Positions 28,414 through 39,284 of a DNA stretch of 64,000 bases are shown here, in pieces. The stretch's first letter is position 1. Every line of letters begins with the position of its first letter. The notes under the pieces were generated by a model that saw only the letters and a program-made list of their open reading frames with translations, was not told the origin of the DNA and did no database searches. This DNA is from an uncultured Chthonomonadaceae bacterium (lineage in GTDB: Bacteria; Armatimonadota; Chthonomonadetes; Chthonomonadales; Chthonomonadaceae): NCBI GenBank assembly GCA_963817895.1, contig CAWFQB010000008.1:1-64000 (forward strand). Reading direction: 5' to 3'. Position numbers and translations under genes: made by a program.

Positions 28414-29679
28414 TCACAATCTCTGTCTCAGGGCTTGCGTGGACGCGCTATAGTGAGCCGCTACGGGGTAAGCGGCAATGATATTATCCATTTGCTGAAG
28501 CCAATCCGCCGCTTCCGCAGAACGGTCTATCACTGCCAGCGCCTGCGCTCCCGTCAGCAGAAACGGCAGACCTTCCACGAGCGGGTGTTCCAAACTCAAG
28601 TATGCGCTGCACTCCTCCAGCGCCTGCCCGCCACGTCCGGTCGCCAGCAACACCCGCGCATAATCGCCCCGCCGCCACCAGGGTTCCGAATCATCCACAT
28701 CTTCGGCGAACCGAATGGCCTGTTGGCTCAAAAGCAGAGCCGAATCCACTTCTCCCATTTTCAGCAAACATTTCGCCATTTCGCTGCGCATCCATGCTCT
28801 GTACTCTTTGCGCTCCGTGAGGAGGGGGCTGTCAACCCACGTTCGCAATATTTGCATGGCGCGTTCAGGATGGGGAACACGCCCGCCCGCGCCTGCGATT
28901 CGCGCTTCGGCAATCACGACCGACGCCAAGCCTACGGCCTCTCGATACCCGCTGCGCGCCAACTGATGAACACGCTTCACATAAACGGAAGCCTCGGCAA
29001 AGCGTTGATGTTCCACCAGAAAACGGGCATGACTGCCATAAGTATAAATCAATTGGCGTTTCGCGGCTTCCTCTTTCTGAGCAAGAGGCCAGAGCTGCGC
29101 TTCAAATGACAGGAACTCGACATCCGCCAGAGAAGAGGAGAACATATAATGCGCGATTGTTGTACGCACCGTCTCGTTGTCCAGCATCGCCTCCACAGGC
29201 AGCGCTGCCGTCACCAACCCCTGCGTGAGCGCGATTAACTCCGCTTCCTGCGCGTGAAGCGCGTAGCATAGCGCATGAAGGCGCTCCGTGGAGGGCCAGT
29301 CTTCCGACCGCTCCCACCGGGCAAGCGTCCCCTGCGCAATCCCCGCTCGCTTCGCCGTATTCTGCTGCGTCCATCCCTGCCGCAATCGCATAGCGCGGAG
29401 CAGGTCGCCGCGAACAGGAGGAGATTCGCCCGCCACTTCACGCAATCGCTGCACCGCGCGGGGCGCTTCAATATGGGCGAGAGCCTCCTGTCGCTGTGCA
29501 GGCGAGACTTCCAGCGCAGTCAAAACCGCTTCCAGTTCCGCTATGCGCGGCTGCGTTTGTCCCGCTTCCCAGCGCGTCAGAGTGGTTCGGCTGATCCGGG
29601 CTTGACGGGATAAATTTCCGCTCGTTAATTTTTTACGTTTGCGCCACGCTATCAACAGTTCCCCAACATGGCTGGTCAT
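28414..29679 (-). CDS. Transcriptional regulator with two XRE HTH domains and a TPR-like C-terminus
   Basis: ISRTTLTRWEAGQTQP and IAQGTLARWERSEDWP. Confidence 0.85.
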   Translation of the reverse strand: MTSHVGELLIAWRKRKKLTSGNLSRQARISRTTLTRWEAGQTQPRIAELEAVLTALEVSPAQRQEALAHIEAPRAVQRLREVAGESPPVRGDLLRAMRLRQGWTQQNTAKRAGIAQGTLARWERSEDWPSTERLHALCYALHAQEAELIALTQGLVTAALPVEAMLDNETVRTTIAHYMFSSSLADVEFLSFEAQLWPLAQKEEAAKRQLIYTYGSHARFLVEHQRFAEASVYVKRVHQLARSGYREAVGLASVVIAEARIAGAGGRVPHPERAMQILRTWVDSPLLTERKEYRAWMRSEMAKCLLKMGEVDSALLLSQQAIRFAEDVDDSEPWWRRGDYARVLLATGRGGQALEECSAYLSLEHPLVEGLPFLLTGAQALAVIDRSAEAADWLQQMDNIIAAYPVAAHYSASTQALRQRL

Positions 29680-29948
29680 CTCACCTGCTCCCCTCTGCAA
29701 ATCTGATCCTGCGAAGAAGACAATAAGAGTTTTGATCCGTTGATAGTCGCTCAGTTGCGGGTAAGGCCACATCCGCAATCAAGACAACGCTTTTATTGGG
29801 AATGACGCACTTTCGCGTATAACGCCTCTGCCGTCTGGCATGCCTACCCGCTTTATAGTATACTCGCAATCCCTATAAATGGATTATTACTTCTTACCTC
29901 TAAAGCTAAAGAAAGAAGAATGATGCATAATCGCGTATATTTGTCGCC

Positions 29949-29964
29949 TGGCACGATTCTTGCA
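29949..29964 (+). promoter_or_regulatory. Sigma-54 promoter
   Basis: TGGCACGATTCTTGCA, exact -24/-12 consensus, 122 nt before the PEP-CTERM gene. Confidence 0.75.
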
Positions 29965-30085
29965 AACAATCTTTATCAAGAGCGAACGAAACCATCTATG
30001 CGGCAGCCTTGTGGATGGCGAAGGCGCTTTTCACTTTTTTGGCGGTCACTCTCGTTTATTAAGAACTCTCTCGAAAGGTCATTGT

Positions 30086-30809
30086 ATGTACAAAAAACTT
30101 GCTGTGCTTGTATGCGTCCTCGTCTGCCTGGTTGGGGCTAATATTGCTTACGCCCAATCCATCTTCTACAACAATTCCATCGACGACAACTTTTTCTCTC
30201 CTGTCGGCGTCGAGATTGCCATGCCCGTCGCTTTTTCCGGCTCTTATGAGGTGGACAGTTTCACCTTCGGCTATTTCCTCCCGCTCAACAGCGCCAACGG
30301 TCCCACCACCGATGTGATTGTCAACTTTTACACCGCCGCGCAGCCTTTGGGGGACGCCTATAGTGGCTACGATCACGTTCAGATGTATTTCCCCAACCTC
30401 GTCTCGTCCACGCGCCTGACGAACCTGCCCTCGGATCCTACGGGCGCAACTAACATCGTCAATTATGACCTGACACCCTTCGGCGACTTCTTCCAGTGGG
30501 ACGCCGCGCTGCTTGCCACCGGGGAGACAGGCGGCTGGGTCAGCCTCTTTTTCACCAACCCGGATGCCGGTTGGGAAAACGCTCGCGGCGACAGCCAGGA
30601 TGATGTTTTTCAGGACATGACCAACGGGGACTTCTTCGACTTTGGCGGATCACCCCAGGCAGCCTTCTACCTACAACTGTCCGGGCAGAATTTGACTCCG
30701 CAGACCCCACCGATGGATACTCCTGAGCCAGGCACCGGCCGCGCTGCTTGCCGGACTGCTTGCGCCCGGCAGCCTGCTCTGTCTGTGGCGACGCAATCGT
30801 CGCGGCTAA
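30086..30809 (+). CDS. PEP-CTERM sorting-signal protein (1-nt frameshift at about 30737)
   Basis: Signal peptide; TPEPGT, then +1 frame AALLAGLLAPGSLLCLWRRNRRG-stop. Confidence 0.82.
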
Positions 30810-30874
30810 GGGCTGATAGGAGCCACAGTCCCTGAGAATCACGCATCTTTCCGCATCAACCAAAAGGAAGACCC

Positions 30875-33800
30875 ATGAACTCAACACCATTATCCCGTAT
30901 GCTCGGCGCATCCCTGGCCCTGACCGGGTTGGTCCTGCCACTGGCAGGGCAAGCGGCAGGAACCCGCCATGTGGCTAAATTGCACGGCCATGCGACAGCA
31001 AAATCCAAACGCAAACAGACAGCGCATAACGTTGCAAAAAAAGTCGTTCCATTATCCGCGCTGGACAGGATGGCCCTTGCCCATACCGCCCGACGCGCCG
31101 CTATCGCCCGTTCCACGAAGGGGCTGAAGACAGAGGGAGAGGACAAAGACAAAGAGGAAGAGCGCGAAGGCAAAGAAAAGAACCCGCGCGGCATCACGGG
31201 CGGCGAAGAGTTTATGCGGCAACTGCGCGCCTGGCCCAACAACTTTATTGATCCGACCGCCTTTGACCGCGCCGTAGCCCAACGGGCGCGTATGCCTGTA
31301 GGCTATATCGGTTATGCCCAGAGCAGCAAGGGCGGCATCGGCGTCCAATCCCTCTTTCCCAGCGCCACATGGTCGTTCGTCGGTCCCATTAACTGGTATC
31401 CCACCAGCCAACGCGCCTACTACGGCCCGGAGTCCATGAATGGACACCTGGAGGGCATCGTTGCCGATCCCACCAACCGCCTGATAATCTATGTCGCGTC
31501 GGCAACGGGCGGGGTTTTCAAGACCACAGACGGCGGCGTGAACTGGAAAGCGCAGTCGAACAACTGGCTGTACCTCAGCACTAACACGCTCGCCATTGAT
31601 CCCAAAAACCATTTGATTGTGTACGCGGGACCGGGCAAATCGCCAGTTGGCTCCGGCAACGCCATTGGACTGATGAAGACGACGGACGGCGGCCTCACCT
31701 GGAAGAATATCGGCGCAGACAAAGACGGAGACGGCAATAATCTCTATTTTGCAGGCACGAACGTCACCAAGATACTGGTGGATCCGACGAACTCCAACAG
31801 CGTTACCGTTTTGACGACAGCCAACGGCAGTGGGTCTAATATCTGGAATTCGACAGATGGAGGCACGACCTGGAGCAAAAAAGTAGATGGCTTCCCCGTA
31901 GATCCCAACGACCCTTCACAAGGCGCCTATTCGGCAAACTGGCAGGATGGCGTTGTCACCAAAAGCGGCAACTATCTGGCGGCGGGAAATTCCTTCACGG
32001 CAGCCTCGAACTTTCTGCTGTATCGCTCCACCGATCAGGGAAAGACCTGGGCGCAATTGCCCAATGCTCCTATTGCGCCTACCGCGACACCAACGGCCAA
32101 TGGGGTGCGTCTGGCCGTATCCGCGATTGACAGCAACACCATCTATCTGGCCTATTCTTTCACCGACCACGTTACCCTCTTCAAGACGACGAACAATGGT
32201 AACAGTTGGACAGACATTACCGCCAGCACGGGATTAAACAGCGGTTTCCTGACGAGCAAACAACTGGATCAAGTGCCATACGACTACTATCTCGCCTGTT
32301 CCAGGCGGACGGTGAGCGGCGTGGCGAAAGACGTCTTGTACCTGGGTCTCAAGAACGTGTATCAGCAGGTACAGACCGCAGGCAACACCGCCTGGGTGAA
32401 TTTTGGCGACGCGGATGGCGATAACTCCAATACACACTCCGATCAGCATAACATCGCTTTCGACCCCACCAACCCAGATCGGGGCTGGCTTTGCAATGAT
32501 GGGGGCATCTACCAGTTCTACTCCAGTCCTACGGCCGGAGTGGCGGCCACCTTCCTGTCGCTCAACGACAGCTTGCAGACAACTCAGTTTTACAATACGG
32601 CCTACCATCCGACCAATCAGAACATCATGATCGGCGGGACACAAGACAATGGCACGGCAGGCGCCTTCGGCGATCTGAATGCCTGGCAAATGCCCACAGG
32701 AGGGGATGCCTTCAGTGTGCTGATCAATCCGCAGAATCCGCAGACGATGTACAGCACCTACACTAATGGCTCTATCTCTCGAACGGACGACATGTATCTC
32801 TCCGGCAGGTACGAGATTGCGCCCGATCTGACCAGCGCGGGTGTCGGTTCGGTTGCTTTTATCACTCCGTTGACGATGGATGTCACCAATCCCAAATTCG
32901 TGTATACGGCAGGGCAAAAGCTCGGTCGCTATGATGCTACCAAGCCGCTGGAGACGGCCTGGACTTACTTCCCGACTGTCCTCACGACCAGTAAGGCCAC
33001 TACGCTCGCCGTCTCGTCCGCAAATGGCAACCGCATCTATGTTGCCACTTTGGACGGCAAATTGCTGACGACAGGGGACGGCGGCACAACCTTTGTCACC
33101 CTCAAGGCAGGCAACGCAAACGACGCGCTGCCCACTAATAACGTCGGAGCCATTCTGCCCGACCCCGCCAACGCCAATGCCGTATTCGTCGGCATCAGTG
33201 GCGTTAATGTTCCCGGCCATCTCTACTACTGCGCGGATGTCACAGCAGTCACTCCGACCTGGACCAACCTGAGCGGCGCAAATGCCACCGCGCTGCCGGA
33301 TGCGGCTCTGAACACCATTGCCATTGACCCTGCAGATGCCAGTATCCTGTATATCGGCAACGATGTCGGCGTGTTCCAGTCCGCGAATCGGGGCCAGACC
33401 TGGGCGAATGCCACCGCGCCGCTCGGCCTTCCCAACGTAATGGTCACGGACCTGAAAGCCATGCCCCTGCAAGGCTACCTCTATGCCGGGACATTCGGGC
33501 GCGGCATCTACCGTATTCGCATCCGCAACAACGATCCCTTATCGGGACTGCTGTTCAACCCGGAGCGCGTCAATGGCGGAACGTCCATTGCGGGAACCGT
33601 GCTGTTGGGAAGCAATGCGCCGACAGGCGGCACAACCGTGACCCTGACCAGCAGCGCGCCGGGAAGCGCCAGCGTACCGGCGACGGTGTTCGTGCCGCAG
33701 GGACAGAGTCAGACCGGCTTCACCGTCACAACCAGCGCGGTTAGCTTTACGACGCCCGTGAACATCACCGCCTCCATCGGTGGGGGAGCGGGACAGACCA

Positions 33801-34141
33801 AAGTCGGCACGATCACGGTTCTATCGGGAACGGTTCTGCCCTTCCTTCAGAGCATTACCTTCGTGGAAGATCCTAATGGTTTTGGCTATCCAATCGGCGG
33901 CAGCACAACTGAAACTGTACAGGTGGCGTTGAACAAGGCTGCCACTTCGCCAATTACGGTCACTCTCACGACTAATGATTCCATCGGAGTGACCATCCCG
34001 GCGTCCGTGACTATTCCCGCCGGACAATCTACGGCACAGTTCACGGCCACATTCAATCCGGTCGCCGCTCCGGAGACGGTCACGATCACGGCCCAGCTTG
34101 GCAGTTTCCGCAAGACCAGTCCCCCGGTAACTCGCAACTAA
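30875..34141 (+). CDS. Large secreted BNR/Asp-box beta-propeller protein with C-terminal Ig-like repeats
   Basis: Repeated KTTDGG.W / STDGGTTW / SANRGQTW motifs, HSDQH, GTQDNG, AGTFGRG. Confidence 0.85.
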   Translation: MNSTPLSRMLGASLALTGLVLPLAGQAAGTRHVAKLHGHATAKSKRKQTAHNVAKKVVPLSALDRMALAHTARRAAIARSTKGLKTEGEDKDKEEEREGKEKNPRGITGGEEFMRQLRAWPNNFIDPTAFDRAVAQRARMPVGYIGYAQSSKGGIGVQSLFPSATWSFVGPINWYPTSQRAYYGPESMNGHLEGIVADPTNRLIIYVASATGGVFKTTDGGVNWKAQSNNWLYLSTNTLAIDPKNHLIVYAGPGKSPVGSGNAIGLMKTTDGGLTWKNIGADKDGDGNNLYFAGTNVTKILVDPTNSNSVTVLTTANGSGSNIWNSTDGGTTWSKKVDGFPVDPNDPSQGAYSANWQDGVVTKSGNYLAAGNSFTAASNFLLYRSTDQGKTWAQLPNAPIAPTATPTANGVRLAVSAIDSNTIYLAYSFTDHVTLFKTTNNGNSWTDITASTGLNSGFLTSKQLDQVPYDYYLACSRRTVSGVAKDVLYLGLKNVYQQVQTAGNTAWVNFGDADGDNSNTHSDQHNIAFDPTNPDRGWLCNDGGIYQFYSSPTAGVAATFLSLNDSLQTTQFYNTAYHPTNQNIMIGGTQDNGTAGAFGDLNAWQMPTGGDAFSVLINPQNPQTMYSTYTNGSISRTDDMYLSGRYEIAPDLTSAGVGSVAFITPLTMDVTNPKFVYTAGQKLGRYDATKPLETAWTYFPTVLTTSKATTLAVSSANGNRIYVATLDGKLLTTGDGGTTFVTLKAGNANDALPTNNVGAILPDPANANAVFVGISGVNVPGHLYYCADVTAVTPTWTNLSGANATALPDAALNTIAIDPADASILYIGNDVGVFQSANRGQTWANATAPLGLPNVMVTDLKAMPLQGYLYAGTFGRGIYRIRIRNNDPLSGLLFNPERVNGGTSIAGTVLLGSNAPTGGTTVTLTSSAPGSASVPATVFVPQGQSQTGFTVTTSAVSFTTPVNITASIGGGAGQTKVGTITVLSGTVLPFLQSITFVEDPNGFGYPIGGSTTETVQVALNKAATSPITVTLTTNDSIGVTIPASVTIPAGQSTAQFTATFNPVAAPETVTITAQLGSFRKTSPPVTRN

Positions 34142-34154
34142 GGCAAGCCGTCAG

Positions 34155-34201
34155 ACAACAGGGAGCAGGCACATCGGACATGTTCCCCTGCTCCCTGTTG
34201 T
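34155..34201. terminator. 15-bp stem-loop between genes
   Basis: ACAACAGGGAGCAGG...CCTGCTCCCTGTTGT. Confidence 0.55.
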
Positions 34202-34228
34202 TTACCCTCCTCTACCAGGAAATCATCC

Positions 34229-35035
34229 ATGAAATATCGCGCCTTCACTCTGATCGAACTGCTCGTGGTTATCGCCATTATCGCGATTCTCGCTGCCATT
34301 CTGTTTCCCGTTTTTGCGCAGGCCCGCGAAAAGGCCCGACAAACCGCCTGTCTCAGCAACGGCAGGCAAATCGGGCTTGGCCTGAGCATGTACCTTCAGG
34401 ACAATGACGAGCAGTTCCCGCCCGCCGATTACGGTGGCGCTGTTACATCGCCGCCGTATACGCAGTTCGCCTGGTACAGCGGCGCGGGCGGCAGCGTCTT
34501 CTATCCGCCCTGCTGCTTCGACCTGCTTCAGCCCTACGAAAAGAGTGTACAAATACACAAATGCCCTTCCGACGCCTCCGGGCTTCCGGCTGCACTGCCT
34601 CTCAAAGTCAATGGAGCCGGACAGCCGCTGCAGCCGCTGTCGTATGCGCTGAATCGCTATTTCTTCTACGATTACGCCACGTTTAAATTCAATCCCGCCG
34701 CCGGCACCCCGTTGGCTGCCATTGTCGCGCCTGCCAATCGTATCTTCGTCACGGAGAGCGTGTCCAGTCTGGGACGGGAACTCATCGCGCCCAACAATTT
34801 GAGCCTGGTCAAGGGCGGTGAGCCTCCGCTTTTTACCCGGCATACGGGGGGTGGCATCTATCTCTACGCGGACGGCCATGCCAAATGGCATAAAATGCCC
34901 GCGTCCTGGGACCCAGCCTCTCCGGGCGGCATCCCTTCGGCTTCCTGGAGCGCCATTCCGGCAGCAGCAACGACCGCGCCGACCAGTCAGTACGCGCAAT
35001 GGTTTCCCTGGGTAGACGGCCCGGAAACCTGGTAG
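34229..35035 (+). CDS. Prepilin-type N-terminal cleavage/methylation protein (DUF1559, H-X9-DG)
   Basis: [50 protein letters not shown]. Confidence 0.93.
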   Translation: MKYRAFTLIELLVVIAIIAILAAILFPVFAQAREKARQTACLSNGRQIGLGLSMYLQDNDEQFPPADYGGAVTSPPYTQFAWYSGAGGSVFYPPCCFDLLQPYEKSVQIHKCPSDASGLPAALPLKVNGAGQPLQPLSYALNRYFFYDYATFKFNPAAGTPLAAIVAPANRIFVTESVSSLGRELIAPNNLSLVKGGEPPLFTRHTGGGIYLYADGHAKWHKMPASWDPASPGGIPSASWSAIPAAATTAPTSQYAQWFPWVDGPETW

Positions 35036-35083
35036 CCACGCCGCGCAATCAGAATTCATCCCCAATTCCAACAGGAGTAAAAC

Positions 35084-35818
35084 ATGTTGCGAACGGTCTT
35101 TTCACGCATCGCCATTGCTTCAATTTTTTGTTTTTTGGGAGTACAGGCCGCGCCTGCCCAGGACAAACCTGCCGGAGACACGCCAAAGACGAGCGAGGTC
35201 AAAGCAACGTCTGCGCCTGTCGCCCCCAAACCGGGCAAAGACCGCTGGCTGGTAAAAACGGCGTCCGACCCCGACGCGAAAAAAATAAACACCCGGACGC
35301 AGCAAACAACCATCGAGAAGCTGCTGGCGCTTCCCCGTCCGAAGGAGATGCCACTGGATGGCAGTAATCCGGCCTATCAGGAAAAACGCGCCGTCCCGGT
35401 CGAAATGACGATCTACTCTGTTGAAGCGGACATTGTGGAGTGCCAACTCATGCGAGACGGCGATTACCGCGTTGTTCTCAAGGGGGCGTCGGGCAAAACG
35501 CTCATTCTGGAAATGCCCGATCCCGCGCCCGATTTTGTCAGCCCCGATAGTCCATTCTTCTATAGTATCAAAGCGGCGCGCGAACAGTTCAATGCGCGCG
35601 TCAAGCCTGAAATAACGGTCACTCCGGTACAGGCTCATGCGCGCGTCACGGGTATTGGCTACTTTGCCCGCGCCTACGGCAAGCAAAAACCGGAAGGCAA
35701 CCTTATCCAACTGCATCCGGTTCTGCAAATAGAATGGATGGCGCAGCCAGGCAAAGAGTTTGCAAAAGCAGCGCAAAACGAGCGAACAAAAAGCGGCACT
35801 GAGTTTAAAAAACCATAA
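35084..35818 (+). CDS. Hypothetical secreted protein
   Basis: AGGAG SD, signal peptide, 244 aa. Confidence 0.7.
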   Translation: MLRTVFSRIAIASIFCFLGVQAAPAQDKPAGDTPKTSEVKATSAPVAPKPGKDRWLVKTASDPDAKKINTRTQQTTIEKLLALPRPKEMPLDGSNPAYQEKRAVPVEMTIYSVEADIVECQLMRDGDYRVVLKGASGKTLILEMPDPAPDFVSPDSPFFYSIKAAREQFNARVKPEITVTPVQAHARVTGIGYFARAYGKQKPEGNLIQLHPVLQIEWMAQPGKEFAKAAQNERTKSGTEFKKP

Positions 35819-35875
35819 GCCAACACAAAACACTTGTTTTAAGTACATCAATGTTTGTCAGGAGGTATGGTCAAC

Positions 35876-36874
35876 ATGAACAGTTTGCGTCAGTCTTTCG
35901 GCAACAAAGCATTTCTGGTTGCCACAATCACAGGGATTATTGCCCTCACGCCCTCTTCTTCTCGCGCTCAAATTAGCTTGAGCGCCGACTACTCTTCCCT
36001 CGGAACGGTCTATCAAGATGCGGCGGGGCTGTTCTACAACAGCGCGGGGGTGGGTCGTAACGACATCACAACTGTTTTCAAAACCGACATCTCCGCTGCC
36101 TTTGACTACTTTTCCCATTCGCTGCTGACGCCCGCCGGCACCTGGAACGAACAGATCAATTTCACCCTGGCTGATTTAGGGTTAAGCACTGTCAGGAGAC
36201 TCTGGTATTGATACGATTGACGCCAATGGTCGCCCTGCTACATCGTCTATCCGCTTCAACATAGGAAACGGAATTAACTACTTCGTTGATCCCACGCCCT
36301 TCGACAACTCGGAATTCAACATGTCGTTCGGTGACGCCAATCTGGGCGGTGGCACTGTGAACAATAAGCGGTTCGGAGATGCCATTGCGGGGGGCCGGAC
36401 GAGGGCCGGTGGGATTTCCTGACACTCGTTTTACATGAAGCCGAACACTCGCTTGGCATCAGCAGGGGCCAGAATTCCGGTTTCACCAGATTTCTGGATC
36501 TGGTAGGGCCAGATGGCACTGCCGGGCGTCAACTAACGATCCCGAACACTCTCAGCGGCTTGCCCAACAACTTTGATATTCCGGTCGTGACAACCGGCGC
36601 TCACTTCATCGGTTCGCCCGTTCCCGGCGATACATTCGGCTACATGGTCACCGCCGATCCTGGCTGGCAAGAGGGTCAGAGGGCTTTACCGACAGCGTTG
36701 GACTTCCTGGCCCTGGCCCGGGTAGAGGGCCTTACGGCAGGGCAACTCAACACGAATTTGTACAACCCTGCCGCAGTTCCTGAACCCGGCAGCATCGCGC
36801 TTCTCGCAGGAATGGCAACCGTTGGCGCCAGCGTTCTGCGGAAGCGCCGGAAACAGTCTATGCCTTCGGTTTGA
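35876..36874 (+). CDS. PEP-CTERM protein with HExxH metallopeptidase motif; two compensating frameshifts (about 36193 and 36389-36394)
   Basis: Signal peptide; LTLVLHEAEHSLGI in the terminal frame; VPEPGSIALLAG...LRKRRK. Confidence 0.75.
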
Positions 36875-36903
36875 TCCTTCACTGGCAAAGAATGGTGACC
36901 GTT

Positions 36904-36943
36904 AAAGCAAGCCTTCCGCATCTTCGCGTGAGGCTTGCTTTTT
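36904..36943 (+). terminator. Intrinsic terminator
   Basis: AAAGCAAGCCT...AGGCTTGCTTTTT. Confidence 0.7.
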
Positions 36944-37077
36944 GCTTGCGCTTATGTTTAGCGCCGCTATGATAAGGAACTCTTGAAACTGTCGGCAAGT
37001 AGTGTCAACTAACAGAATAAGTCTGATTCCGCCTTTCCTATGGAGAGGCTTTTTGCGTAGTGGAAGAGTACATCATC

Positions 37078-37110
37078 ATTCGCGTGTATTCGCGTTCATT
37101 CGCGGCTAAA
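37078..37110 (-). repeat. Solo 10-nt tandem array (GxxExxY TIR unit)
   Basis: ATTCGCGTGTATTCGCGTTCATTCGCGGCTAAA. Confidence 0.85.
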
Positions 37111-37150
37111 TTGTTTTTCTGTGAAGAACGCGGCAGAAGGAGTTCCCGGC

Positions 37151-37840
37151 ATGTGTGGACGCTATACTTTGCATCATACGCCACAACAAATATCCCTGCG
37201 TTTCGGCGTGGAGGAGGTTCTGGCCGAACCGCAGGAACGGTACAACATCGCGCCGTCGCAGGCGATTCCGGTTGTGGTGACAAGCGTTGTGGAAGACAAA
37301 GAGGTTCGGGCGCTGGAAGCGTACAAGTGGGGATTGGTTCCGTTCTGGGCCAAAGACCCGGCTATCGGCAACAAGTTGATTAACGCGCGGGCAGAAACGC
37401 TGGCGGAAAAGCCGTCGTTCAAGAACGCGCTGACGCGCCGCCGGTGTCTGATACCGAGTGACGGGTTTTACGAGTGGAAGAAGGAGGACGGGGCGCGGCA
37501 GCCGATGTACATTCGGCGGCGGGACGGGGATTTGTTCGCGTTTGCCGGGTTGTGGGAGGAGTGGAAATCGCCGGACGGGGTTCCGCTACGCACCTGTTCC
37601 ATTATCACGGTCGCGCCCAACGCGCTGATGGCCGACATTCACGACCGGATGCCCGCCATGCTGCACCCGGATTTGGAAGCGGATTGGCTGAACCCGTCCA
37701 ACAATAAGATACCGGACTTGCTGACAATGCTACAGCCGTACTCGCCCGCCGATATGGAAGCGTATGCTGTTACCAAACGGGTCAATGCCCCGGTAAACGA
37801 CGGCCCCGCCTGCATCGAGAGTCTGGCGGCGTCCGCGTAG
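37151..37840 (+). CDS. SOS response-associated peptidase (SRAP/HMCES/YedK family)
   Basis: MCGRY N-terminus, WGLVPFW, INARAET, GFYEW, IHDRMP. Confidence 0.95.
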   Translation: MCGRYTLHHTPQQISLRFGVEEVLAEPQERYNIAPSQAIPVVVTSVVEDKEVRALEAYKWGLVPFWAKDPAIGNKLINARAETLAEKPSFKNALTRRRCLIPSDGFYEWKKEDGARQPMYIRRRDGDLFAFAGLWEEWKSPDGVPLRTCSIITVAPNALMADIHDRMPAMLHPDLEADWLNPSNNKIPDLLTMLQPYSPADMEAYAVTKRVNAPVNDGPACIESLAASA

Positions 37841-37845
37841 CGGTT

Positions 37846-39057
37846 TCAATTGGCGGGAACGATATACAGGTCGCCTTTATAGTTGAAACTCAGTTGTTTG
37901 CCGCCGGGAAGCCACGCGAGTTGCTGCGGGCGGGACTCGTCCGGTTTGTGCGCGACGTGTCCGATCTCATGCGCGTCGATTCCGTCCAATTTGCTCACCC
38001 ATATCGCAGTTTCCTGATGCGGTTTATCGCCCAATCGGGCGCGTAACTGTTTCAGCAACGGAAAACCGGTCGGCTCGTAATGGCGCGTCACCAGCCAGCC
38101 TATCCGGTCGCAATTCGGGGCAAAGACAATCTCCTGTTGTGTAACCTTCGTCACCTGTGGTAAGCACGGGGAGTAACGACGCGCAGGCTTTCCGCCCTCG
38201 GTTGAAAGTTCCGCCAGTTCACAACTGCATTTCTCCGTGATTGTTTCCGCTTCGCCTGTATCTACCGGAATATCGTCCGGTTTGCGCTTTTCTATCTCCG
38301 TCAGGAAGGTTCCTGTGGGTGTAAGCGCGCGAAGAGTCACATCGTAACCTGACAGATTGGCGGGCCGAGATACGACTTCCACATGGCGGGTTCCATCCAA
38401 CGCGCAGGTTGCTATTTCCAACATGCCATGCTCGTTAAATCTCCATTCTTTCCAATGTCGGCTGTCCGCCTCCCAAAACGCGCTTACTTCGTTTCGTTTC
38501 CACTTGTCGGTATGCGCGTAAGAGCCATCCACAGCAATAATCGTGCTGCGACTGCTGGCATAATCCGGCGGACCGAAACAGGCTGGACCTACGGTTTCGG
38601 TAATCAGAGCGAATTTGCCATCCGGTGATATGCAACAGGGAATACTCAACCGCAGACTTACACCCGACGCTGGCTGGAACAACGCTCTTAAATTGGGAGT
38701 GCGAGCTGTAAATATCTTTGTAAACTCCGGCATCGGTTGATACACGCCTGTAGTTGCATTGATACGGAACACGCTGCTGCCCTCTGACCAGCGGGGCGTG
38801 ACAAAGTTCCGGGTTGCGGGATGCTGAAAGGCGATAGCCTCTCGGTCCGAAAGCCAGTAGCAGGGATAGTTTACGCGCACCTTTCCGGCCCAGAGGAAAG
38901 AAGCGGGCGCAATGCGTCGGGCGCGGGACAGCAGCAGAGGTCTGCGCGGGAAGGTGATAACAGTAATAGCGACGAACAGGCTAACTGCCGCTACGATTGC
39001 GCCCGCATACTTCAGCGCCGTTTTTGCCCGTATGCTTGTGCCGTCTCTTCGCCGCAT
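37846..39057 (-). CDS. Hypothetical protein with N-terminal TM and TolB-like C-terminus
   Basis: ISPDGK, LAWLPGGKQLSFNYKGDLYIV. Confidence 0.65.
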   Translation of the reverse strand: MRRRDGTSIRAKTALKYAGAIVAAVSLFVAITVITFPRRPLLLSRARRIAPASFLWAGKVRVNYPCYWLSDREAIAFQHPATRNFVTPRWSEGSSVFRINATTGVYQPMPEFTKIFTARTPNLRALFQPASGVSLRLSIPCCISPDGKFALITETVGPACFGPPDYASSRSTIIAVDGSYAHTDKWKRNEVSAFWEADSRHWKEWRFNEHGMLEIATCALDGTRHVEVVSRPANLSGYDVTLRALTPTGTFLTEIEKRKPDDIPVDTGEAETITEKCSCELAELSTEGGKPARRYSPCLPQVTKVTQQEIVFAPNCDRIGWLVTRHYEPTGFPLLKQLRARLGDKPHQETAIWVSKLDGIDAHEIGHVAHKPDESRPQQLAWLPGGKQLSFNYKGDLYIVPAN

Positions 39058-39136
39058 AATTGCCCCTTTGTCGCGCCTGCAAATTCCCCTGCTTACTTTG
39101 TTGCGGGTTTATCGACAAAGGTTCGTTTTATACTAA

Positions 39137-39205
39137 CGGCGTGTCAGAAGTTCATGTTGGTAGGGGCGTTGCTTGCTGCGCCCAACATGAACTTCTGACA
39201 CGCCG
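39137..39205. repeat. 24-bp inverted repeat enclosing a GTAG-type REP
   Basis: CGGCGTGTCAGAAGTTCATGTTGG / CCAACATGAACTTCTGACACGCCG around GTAGGGGCGTTGCTTGCTGCGCCC. Confidence 0.85.
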
Positions 39206-39284
39206 CTGTATACGATGGGTTCCCCTTCTCTCAGGCTTTTTTGGGAGAAGGGGTATGTCCACAAGTGGACGCCCGGGTTGAGGG

